Shown here: positions 54,646 through 64,000 of the stretch, piece after piece
Layout of the letters: the number at the start of each line of letters is the position of its first letter
Numbering within the stretch: the stretch's first letter is position 1
From: the human T2T-CHM13v2.0 reference genome, Homo sapiens
Length of the DNA: 64,000 bases
Assembly: GCA_009914755.4 (NCBI GenBank)
Contig: CP068257.2
Span: 21,280,001 to 21,344,000, forward strand
Direction: 5' to 3'
Program-made: the position numbers and the translations under genes
The notes under the pieces: generated by a model
Told to the model about the DNA's origin: nothing
Database searches by the model: none
What the model saw: the letters and a program-made list of their open reading frames with translations, nothing else

Positions 54646-57034
54646 TATAAAAACATGAAAAGCTTATTTTATAAAACATAAAAATATGAGTTTTCTTCTT
54701 TAAAGAAAACCAAATGGCTAACTCAGATAGTCATCCCAAATAGCAAGTGAGTTTATGATGAATTATGTATGAAAAATGGCACTTTCAAGTCCTCTACTTG
54801 AGAACTAGTTGTTTATCTTGAGAGCATGTATGCAAAAGGTTATATCTGCTTGGCTCTGCAAAGGGTGAGATTTCTTCCTAACTCTATGATCTCTTAGCGG
54901 ATTGCCTGTGATCCCCTAATACTCTTGTTTATTGCTTACCGAATAATAAAACTTCTTTACTGCCCTTCTACTTTTGTGGACAGGCTTTCTGGTTTGGAAG
55001 GAGATTTTATTTTTAATTATATTTCCCCAACACTTCCAACTGCTGATTAAACTATTGGAATTACGAAATTAATAATGGTGAGGTTTTTTTTTTAACTTTC
55101 CCGAATTGGCTCTTATTCTAACCTTTAAAGTTTCAAATATTTCTAAAATATGAGTTGCAAACCTTGATCTATCAAAATTTGAATATTCATCTTCTAAATA
55201 AGGATGTTTTCACTCTTTCTTTTTTATTATTATTATTTCATTGGCTAATGGAAACAGAAGATAATATCCTGGAAGAAAAATAAAATTATTAATAGTAAAA
55301 ATACAATAATTCACAGGAACAAAATATAATTCTTCTATTAAATTAAATATATTTCTTTTATTTTTAATAGAAATAATAATATTAAATAAAAATTTATCGG
55401 AGGTCATTGTTTTAGACTGAGCTCCTGTATTAGGCCCCAACAGAGCAGACTAAACCAGAATGGAGTCCCTTGAGCTCAATGCCATGTAATCAAACTGGAC
55501 TAATTTTGTGAAGAACAGAAGATTCACAGCAACCCATCAGAAGAAGCCCAACTTACTTGAGCTGTCATGATAAGGAAGTCCCATCTGCTTTAACACTATA
55601 GAAAAGTAACTTTCAAAAGACTAGTCAGCTTCTTTTTTTCTCATTTATGCTTTCTTCAGCCCTTTTCTGCCCTAAAACCAACCCCTTTTGCTCAGCTCAT
55701 CAGAGCACTCATTCTATTTTGTGAGATGCTGCTTGATTTCAAAATCACTGGGAAAAGCCAATTAAAAAAAAAAACTAAATATATTGACATTTTGTCTGTT
55801 GACAATAGTGGTTAATTCTAAAACTTCTTGACTTACTTTTATTTTCTATACCATTGTAGTAATCAGTGTGTTCAGTTAACTAAAGCAGCAGATGTGATAC
55901 ATGCCTAGAAACAAAGTAAAATCAATTGACACCTGAATTTCCATAGTCATTACTTTTCATTTTTTCATTGTGTTTGAGATAATAGTATTAAATGTGAAAA
56001 ATTAATATTCATAGACAAATATTATGCCAGTAGGAAAAAATAATATATCACTAGAAACCACCATAGCTATAACAAATAGAGTTCTTTAACCCATAAAAAA
56101 GATTGAAACCTCAGAACTCTGGATATTAATTAAATGTGAAGGCTGAAAAAATTTTGTTGTGATTACATATTTAAGAACTTGACAATTGTATAATTAGTAC
56201 TAAATTGATAAGACAAATCCTTCAACTACACAATTCATGCTCTGTTTCTCCACTCATAGCAGTTTATAAAATATATTCAAATGACCAACACCACTTCTCA
56301 TGTATGAGTGAAATATACATATGAGAATCACATTTTTATTTTATTAATAGTCAGATTGCTAAACTACCAGAATTAATTCCACTCTTTACTCTATAACACA
56401 CAACTGGTTATTGTAGAAAAGATATGTTCAATCTCAGTTCCTTCCCACCAGATCATTTGTTTCATTTTTAAACAAGTTAAACAAGGAAGTTATTAGATAC
56501 AAGGAGAGAATTTTAAGTGGGTATTTCTCTCATTTAAGTGGATATTTCTCACAAAATTTAAAATGGGTATTTTAAAATTGTTTTGTATGTTGTTGAGATA
56601 GTTAACTGTAGCTGTATAAAATAATGTTTTCAAAAATATTTACTCACTAAATATACTGATCACTGAAGACATATATACTACTGATGTCTGTATTTTCAAA
56701 GTCATTAATGATAACAATTAGACCCAATGTTTATTGTTATTAGAAGACACTAAACATATTAAGAATGCGTTTTTACATTTGAGTCTGTGAACTGTTAAAA
56801 TGTGGAAAATAAAATAACCTTTCAAGAAATTAGTTCTGATAAAACTAAAAATAGATGATAAACCTAATAAATATTAATGATTTGATTTGTTAAATTTACC
56901 AAGAGGGCTGTAAATAATAAATATAATAAAAGTAGAAAATATTCTGACTATACGTATTTCATTTCAGGAACAAATTACTTATTGAGAAAATTTTGGATTG
57001 ATAAAATCACAGTATGAATTCTGACTTGGTTTTA

Positions 57035-57480
57035 GCTAATCCAAACAGAAACTTCACAATACAGTGGCTTAAGCAAGACACTTTAGATTTTCTCATATAA
57101 CCATCTAGAAAGAAAAAGGCTAAAGCTTTTATAAAGGTTACCTTCACAAGTTATCCAAAAATTAAACTATACTTTAGTTTGTTCTCACATAACCATCTAG
57201 AAAGAGAATGGCTAAAGCTTTTATAAAGGTTACCTTCACAAGTTATCTGGGGCCCCACACTCCCACTACACTTTAGATCTGTCATCTCTGGCATGTTTCT
57301 CTGATCTACCTGATCAAATGTATCTCATTTCCATGTCTAGTGGAATAAGGTGGAGGACAGGGAAGGGGGCACCATGCCTTGTTAGGAAAATACCTGCAAG
57401 TAAAGCACAGTTCTTCCCCGTGTGTACCACTGGTCAGGTCACAGTCACTTTATCACATTTACCATCTAATACAAGAGATG
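57035..57480 (+). mobile_element. Possible MLT1-like LTR, plus strand, containing a 92-bp tandem duplication (57079-57290)
   Basis: The start 'acagaaacttcacaatacagtggcttaagcaagacactttagattttctcat' loosely matches the MLT1 start 'acaaattaccacaaacttagtggcttaaaacaacacaaatttattatctcacag'. The assignment is weak. Confidence 0.35.
57079..57290. repeat. About 2.2 copies of a 92-bp tandem repeat
   Basis: Unit 1 'ctttagattttctcatataaccatctagaaagaaaaaggctaaagcttttataaaggttaccttcacaagttatc' (57080-57155) and unit 2 'ctttagtttgttctcacataaccatctagaaagagaatggctaaagcttttataaaggttaccttcacaagttatc' (57172-57247) are about 93% identical. A partial third unit 'cactttagatctgtcatctc' lies at 57269. Confidence 0.85.
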
Positions 57481-59339
57481 ATGTGGAGTAGGATTTTAGT
57501 TTTCTACAGAATCATACATCCAGCCCAAAACCAAACAAAATAAGGAAACAAATAAAATACAGGTCTTTTACTATAAAGAAGAAAAACAGGGGAAACTGAT
57601 ACTGAGGGAAAACTATTAATAGCAATCTAGAGGACAATCATCAAATTAGGAGAGAAAATATTGAAATAAATTACTAATAATTCATATTAAATTTTAGCAA
57701 GATTAGTGCAGTAATTTGTAGTGACTTCCTATTTAGGCAAATTATTAAACATATTTTTCTTTCAATTAATAAACAGCCAAAGAATTGATAACGGTGTTTC
57801 AAATATGCAAAGTAATCCTAAATTTCTTTGTTATTAGGTTAGTGCCATCATTCTTTACCATATCAAACATTTCAAAATGTAAAATTATGTGTTTTTAAAT
57901 ATTTATAAAATTATCAAAGTGAAACCTAAAGTAACATTTTTAATTCATTTATTTTTAATCAGCTGTAAAATAGTTATAATTTTCATCACTTTTGAAGAAG
58001 TATAAGAAACATGAGCACATGCACAGTCTGATTCTTTACCTTCTTCGTCATACAATAAGGATGACATTTTAATACTATGCTGAGCTCTAAATTGTTACAT
58101 ATCAATGATATTGCCATATTAAGATAGCTTTTCCTTGTCCGGGAAAGGCTAAATAGAATTTTGGGATATATCTTAATAAATGCGAGCAGATTACATTGTT
58201 TTAGACATCCCTTACAATCCATTACACTTGACACTTTAAATCCACTTATTTTACTTTATGTAAATTAAAGCTCAATAGAATAATTAATTCCAGGAGTTGA
58301 GAGAGACATGAAATTTCATAAGTAAGGAATCTGCTGTCTCACTATACAGATTTAGTTACACTCTATGTCAAAACTCTGAGATACTTTTCTCTTGAAAAAG
58401 TATATATTAATTCTATGAAAGTTTTGAGTTACAATGTCCAGAATAATTCCTTCATGGTATAAAATTATATTCCCGGGGGTGGAGCAAGATGGCAGAATAA
58501 AGAGTTTCACTGATCATTCCCCCAGCAAGGACACCAAGCTAACAACTATCTACACAGAAAATACACTCTCATGAGAACCAAAAACCACGTGAGCACTCAT
58601 AGTACCTAGTTTTAACTTCATATCACTAAAAAAGACACTGAAGAGACAGAAAAGACAGTCCAGAATTGCCAACGCCACCCTGTCCCCACGCCCCGGCAGT
58701 GGTGGCATGGTGCTGAGAGCATCTCTTGGTGCTGGGAGAGGGGAAACACAGCAATCTTGCAACATTAAACCCTGTGCTCTTCTGTAAGAGCAGAAAGGAA
58801 AATCAGAACAAACTTAGCTGACAACTGCCCACAGAGGAAGCATTTAAACCAGCCCTAACCAGAGGGGAATCTTCAATCCCTAACAATGCCACAACAACTG
58901 AATTACCATAGCAATTCAGGGGTCTCAAGTAACACAGGAGTCTCAAACTGAAATGTCAACAAGAGTCAAGTAAATATTTTAGAAATAGGCTACCCTGAAC
59001 TAGATGGGTTTGAGAGGAACCAGTGAAATCCCAACTTTATGTGAATTACCTTAATTGTGAAATGTTGGCAATTAATTTACAATATTTTTAAATGTCTGAA
59101 CTTTAGTGCCTGCAAACCTCACCACCGAAGGGTACAACACTTTGTGTCTCCAAGTAAACTTGAAAGGCAGTCTAGGCCATAGGACTGCAATTCTTAATGC
59201 TGAACTAGGGCCAGAAACAGTGTGTTAGGGGGCATGTGACATGCTGAGACACCAGCTAGGGCAGCCAAGGGAGTGCTGGCATCCTCTTTTCTGACCCCAG
59301 GCTGTGCAGTTTGTAGCTCCAAACGAGACCCCTGTCTTC

Positions 59340-60500
59340 CTCTTGAGAAGAGGAGAGAAAAGAGTGGGAAGGACTTTGTCTTGCATCCAGGATACCATTT
59401 CAGCCACAGCAGGATAGGGCATCAGTCCGTTGTGAGGCCCCCATTCTAGGCCCTAGCTCCCAGACAACATTTCTAGACACATTCTTGGCCAGAAGAGAAC
59501 CTGCTGCATCGGTGGAGAGGACCCAGTCCTGGTAGCATTTATCACCTGCTAACTGAAGAGCCCCTGGGCCCTGAATAACCAGCAGTGATACCCAGGTACT
59601 ACCTTGAGGGCCCTGGGAAAGCCTCTGAGACTTGTGAACTTCAGATGAAGTCCCCAGAACCACCACAGTATGTCACCAGCTGTGGTGGCTCTGGGGCAAA
59701 ACTACTTCTGCTTGAAAAAAGCAGAGGGAAGAGTGAAGGGGACTTTTTCTTTTACCTTAGGTCCCAGCATGGCCACAGTGGGGTAGAGCTACCAAGCAGG
59801 CTCTTGGGGTCCCTGATTTCAGGACTTGACTCTTAGATGGCATTTCTACATATGCTCTGAGCCCCAGAAGGGCACCCACTGCCCTGAAGGGTGAGTCCCA
59901 GGCCAGGTGGCATTCACCACAAGCTGACTTAAGACATCTTGGATCTTAAGGGAACATCAAGGGTAGTCTGGCAGTACTTCTTGTGGCCTCAGGTGGTAGT
60001 GGCTATGAGGTGAGGCTTCTCTGCCTTTGGGAAGGAGAAGGAAGAATGGAAAGAGCTGCATCTTGTTGTTTGAGTCCAGCTCAGCCACAATACAATACAA
60101 CACCAGGTAGACTTCTATGGTTTTTGAGTCAAATCTCTGACTCCTGGACAGCACTTCTGGACCCGCCCAGGGCCTGGGGGACCTTGTTGCTCAGAAGAGT
60201 AGGACAGAATTCTGGCTGGCATTACCACCTGCAGAATGTGGAGACCCAGGGCCTTGAGTGAACATAGTTGGTAGCCGGGGAGTGGTCAGAGCAGGCCTTG
60301 GGTGAGACCTAGAACTTTGAGGGCTTCAGGTCTCACTGAACACAGTCATAGTGGTGGTGGCCACAGAGGTGCGTATGTCACTCTATCCTCAGCTTTAGGT
60401 GACTCAGAACAGAGACAGAAACTCTAAGTTTGGAGAAAGTAAGGGAAGAGAACAAAGCCTCTGCCTGGTAATACAGAAAATTATCTCAAATCTTGTCTAA
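59340..60500. repeat. Degenerate tandem repeats of about 310-400 bp inside the L1 5'UTR (at least 3 units starting near 59343, 59716 and 60028, with a possible 4th near 60432)
   Basis: Unit starts 'gaagaggagagaaaagagtgggaaggactttgtcttgcatccagg…', 'gaaaaaagcagagggaagagtgaaggggactttttcttttaccttaggtcccagc…' and 'gggaaggagaaggaagaatggaaagagctgcatcttgttgtttgagtccagc…'. Unit tails 'ctggtagcatttatcacctgctaactgaagagcccctgggccctgaataaccagcag', 'ggtggcattcaccacaagctgacttaagacatcttggatcttaagggaacatcaagg' and 'ctggctggcattaccacctgcagaatgtggagacccagggccttgagtgaacatagttgg' are clearly homologous. Confidence 0.8.
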
Positions 60501-61063
60501 GACTTTCAAGTCTATGAGTCTGCAAGAACCACAGCATTACTGGGCTTGGGGTACTGCCTAAATCAGATACAGCTTAGATCACAGCACCCAGGTACTTTCA
60601 AATATTTGGAAGGCCTTCCTGAGACAGATGGCTACAAATAACCCCAGACAGTGAAGACTACAATAAATACCCAACTCTTCCATGCTCACACACCAAAGAA
60701 CATCTAGTGGCATCAAAAACATCCAAGAAAACATGACCTCACAAAAGGAACTAAATAAACCACAGGGAATCAATTCTGGAGAAACAGAAATATGTGGCTT
60801 TTCAGACACATAATTCAAAATAGTTGTGCTGAAGAAACTCAAAAAAATTCAAGATATCACAGAAAAGGAATTCAGAATTCTATCAGATAAATTTAACAAA
60901 AAGATTGAAATAATTTTTTAAAAAGCAAAAACTCTGGAGCTGAAGAATGCAATTAGCACACTAAAGAATGACATCAGAGTCCTTTAACAAAAGTATTGAT
61001 CAAACAGAAGAAAGAATGAGTGAACTGGAAGACAGACCATTTGAAAACACAGTTAGAGGAGAT

Positions 61064-61397
61064 GTGTTAGTCCATTTTTACACTGCTACAAAGAAATATC
61101 TGAGACTAAGTAATTTATTAAAAAAAGAAGTTTAATTGACTCACAGTTCCACATGGCTGGGGAGGCCTCAGGAAACTTGCAATCATGTCAGAAGGGGAAG
61201 TAAACACATTTTTCTTCACAAGGCAGCAGGAGAGAGAAGAGTGAGTAGGAAAGGGGGAAATCCCCCTTATAAAACCATCAGATCTCATGAGAACCCACTC
61301 ACCATGATCTACTCACTTCCCATCCAGTTTCTCCCTAGACACGTGAGGATTATGGGGATTACAATTCAAGATGAGATCTGGTGGGAACACAAAGCCT
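61064..61397 (-). mobile_element. Solo MaLR LTR (THE1/MST-like, about 334 bp) nested in ORF1 of the old L1, with a possible 5-bp TSD (ggaga / gggga)
   Basis: Plus strand 'tgtgttagtccatttttacactgctacaaagaaatatctgagactaagtaatttattaaaaaaagaagtttaattgactcacagttccacatggctggggaggcctcaggaaacttgcaatcatgtcagaaggggaag…ggggattacaattcaagatgagatctggtgggaacacaaagcctaactatatca' is the reverse complement of the canonical THE1/MST LTR (tgatatggtttggctgtgtccccacc…gtaatttataaagaaaagaggtttaattgactcacagttccacatggctggggaggcctcaggaaacttacaatcatggcagaagg…). Confidence 0.85.
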
Positions 61398-63837
61398 AAC
61401 TATATCAGGGGACAAAAGAAAAAAGAATACAAAACATAAAGCATGCCTACAGGATCTAGAAAATAGCAACAAAGAGGCAAATCTAAGAGTTGTTGGCATT
61501 AAAGGAGGAGGCAGACAAAGATAATAGGAATAGAAAGTGTATTCAAAGGAATAAAAATGGAGAACTTGCCAAACGTAGAGAAAGATATCAATATCAAAGT
61601 ACAGGATGATTATAGAACACCAAGCAGACTTAATCCAAAGAGGATTCCCTGAAGGCATTTAATAATCAGAATACAAGAGGTCAAAGATAAAGAAAGAATT
61701 CTAAAAGCAGCAAGAGAAAAGAAACAAATAAGATACAATAGAGCTTCAATACATCCCGAAGCCAACTTTTTAGTGGAAACCTTACAGTCCAGAAGAGACT
61801 GGCATGATATATTGGAAGTGCCGAGGGGAAAACACAAACACATAAACAAACAAACAAAAAAAACCTTTACCCTGTAGTCCTATTAGAATAATATTATATG
61901 TTGAAAATATCCTTCAACATGAAGGTTTATCATATTGCCTACAAATGTCACTTAGAGAATGAAGAATCATTTTAATATTGAAATAAAACATAATAAACAT
62001 TTAAAAAAGACTTTCTGGGACAAATAAAAGCTGAAGGATTTCATCAATATCAGACCTTTTTCTACAGGAAATGCTAAAGGGAGTGATTCAATCAGGAAGA
62101 AGAGGATATTAATGAGCAATGTATAGTCACCAGAAGGTACAAAACTCACTGGTAATAGTAAATACACAGAAATCATAGATGACACAAACCAATTAAACAC
62201 ATCTCATGCTCATGGATGGGTAGAATTAAGAGTGTGAAAATGACCATACTGTCAAAATAAATCTATAAATTCAATGCAATTCCCATCAAAATACCACCAA
62301 CATCCTTCACAGAACTAGGAAAAACAATCCTAAAATTCATATAGAACAAAAAAAGAGCCCACATAGCCAAAGCAAGACTGAGCAAAAAGAATAAATCTGG
62401 AGGCATCACATTACCTAATTTCAAACTAGACTATAAGGCGATAGCCACCAAAACAGCATGGCACTGGTATAAAAATAGGCACATAGAACAATGGAACAAA
62501 ATAGAGAACCCAGAAATAAACCCAAATACTTAACAGCCAACTGATCTTTGGCAGACCAAACAAAAATATAAAATGGGAAAAGGATACCCTTTACAACAAA
62601 TGATGCTGGAATAATTGGCTAGCCACATGTAGTTGAATGAAACTGGATCCTCATCTCTCACCTTATACAACAATCAACTCAAGATTGATTAAGGACTTAA
62701 ATCTAAGACCTGAAACCATAAAAATTATAGAAGACAACATTGAAAGACTCTTCTAGGTATTGTCTTAGGCAAGGATTTCATGACCAAAAACCCAAAGGCA
62801 AATGCAATAAAAACAAAGATAAATAGCTGGTATTTAAATAAACTAATGAGCTTTTGCACAGCAAAAGGAACAGTCAGCAGAGTAAACAGACAACCCGCAG
62901 AGTGGGAGAAAACTTCACAATCTATACATCTGACAAAAGACTAATACCCAGAATCTACAATGAACTCAAATAAATCAGCAAGAAAAAAACAAAATAGTCC
63001 ATCAAAAAGTGGGCTAAGGACATGAATAGACGATTCTCAAAAGAAGATATACAAATAGCCAACAAACATATGAAGAAATGCTCAACATCACCAATGATCA
63101 GGGAAATGCAAATCAAAACCACAATGCGATACTACCTTACACCTGCAAGAATGGCCATAATCGAAAAATCAACAAACAGTAGATGTTGGCGTGAATGCGG
63201 TGATCAGGGAACACTGCTGGTGGAAATGTAAACTAGCACAGCCACTATGGAAAACAGCGTGAAGACTCCTTAAAGAGCTAAAAGTAAAATTATCATTTGA
63301 TCCAGCAATCCCACCACCGGGTATGTACCCAGAGGGAAGGAAGTCATTATATGAAAAAGATGCTTTCACACGCATGTTTATAGCAGCACAATTCACAATT
63401 TAAAAATTGTGGAGCCAACCCAAATGTCCATCAATCAATCAGTGAATAAAGAAACTGTGATATATATATGACAGAATACTACTCTGCCATAAAAATGAAT
63501 GAATTAATGGCATCTGCAGCAACCTGGATAAGATTGGAGACTATTATTCCAAGTAAAGTAACTCAGGAGTGGAAAACCAAACATCGTATGTTCTTACTGA
63601 TATGTAGGAGCTAAGCTATGAGGATGCAAAGGCATAAGAATGATATAATGGGCTTTGGTGACTTTGAGGGAAGAGTGGGAGAGGAGTAAAGGATAAAAGA
63701 CTACAAATAGGGTGCAGTGTATACTGCTCAGGTGATGGGTGCACCAAAACCTCACAAATCACCACTAAAGAACTTACTCATGTAACCAAACACCACCTGT
63801 ATCTTAATAACCTATCAAAATATAAAAAAAATTCAGA

Positions 63838-64000
63838 TTTATCACATTGCCTACAAATGTCATTTAGAAAATGGAGAAACATTTTAATATTAAAATAAAA
63901 CATAACAATTAAAACAAAGACTTCCTCGGACAAATAAAAGCTGAAGGATTTCATCAATACCAGGCCTTTCCTACAAAAAAAATGCTAAAGAGAGTAATTG
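63838..64000 (+). mobile_element. Second L1 piece (ORF1 C-terminal region) starting right after the A-rich end of the preceding L1. About 88% identical to 61921-62095 of the upstream element. Runs off the window.
   Basis: 'atttatcacattgcctacaaatgtcatttagaaaatggagaaacattttaatattaaaataaaacataacaattaaaacaaagacttcctcggacaaataaaagctgaaggatttcatcaataccaggcctttcctacaaaaaaaatgctaaagagagtaattg' versus 61921-62095 'gtttatcatattgcctacaaatgtcacttagagaatgaagaatcattttaatattgaaataaaacataataaacatttaaaaaagactttctgggacaaataaaagctgaaggatttcatcaatatcagacctttttctacaggaaatgctaaagggagtgattc'. Confidence 0.85.

Larger units (their letters stand above)
58474..63836 (+). mobile_element. Old primate L1 (L1PB/L1PA-old-like), plus strand. 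The 5'UTR has degenerate tandem repeats (about 58474-60650). ORF1 runs about 60660-62200 and is interrupted by a nested MaLR LTR. An internal deletion at about 62210 removes most of ORF2. The ORF2 C-terminal half, 3'UTR and A-rich end follow.
   Basis: The 5' start 'gggggtggagcaagatggcagaataa' resembles the L1 5' terminus 'ggaggagccaagatggccgaata'. ORF1 coiled-coil/C-terminal strings are seen in translation (…LKNDIRVL…, …KAAREKKQIRYNRASIHPEANFLVETLQSRRDWHDI…). ORF2 C-terminal half: '[97 protein letters not shown]…'. Further downstream ORF 63022..63231 reads [50 protein letters not shown]…. Confidence 0.9.

Noticed and set aside
62210-63836. L1 3' fragment nested in a host L1 with a 290-bp TSD.
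   Set aside because: A 290-bp TSD is far outside normal L1 behaviour. Tandem or adjacent L1 copies explain the same observation, so this is kept only as an alternative in the findings.

Overview
This window reads as primate, most likely human, nuclear DNA from an AT-rich, gene-poor region dominated by interspersed repeats. It is not a prokaryotic or phage locus. I found no CRISPR array, operon structure, tRNA or rRNA gene, CpG island or toxin/defence-like cassette, and I do not find an undescribed biological system here. What the sequence does support is this set of repeats and microsatellites:
- At least 11 Alu SINEs; several are young AluY copies with intact target-site duplications (TSDs).
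- About 10 L1 (LINE-1) fragments, including a 2.5-kb young L1PA copy at 32866-35360 flanked by a perfect 42-bp TSD. There is also a 5.4-kb older L1 at 58474-63836 with a tandem-repeat 5'UTR, an internal ORF2 deletion and a nested MaLR LTR.
- Several MaLR/ERVL-type LTRs (MLT1-, MST/THE1-like), one with its internal region attached.
- One MIR.
- Microsatellites: (TA)n, (TC)n, (CA)n and (GATA)n.
Every long ORF in the six-frame track lies in L1 ORF2/ORF1 remnants or is an Alu read-through artefact, and I found no confidently supported host protein-coding exon. The one exon-like segment, at 17569-17731, is speculative. The most checkable curiosities are the 42-bp L1 TSD, a ~215-bp low-copy duplicate sitting in a TA-flanked 424-bp insertion inside an L1, a near-perfect 37-bp inverted repeat at 6643-6733, a 92-bp tandem duplication inside an LTR, and the complex architecture of the old L1 at the window's right end. 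All family names are from memory of consensus sequences, and all coordinates are approximate to within a few bases.
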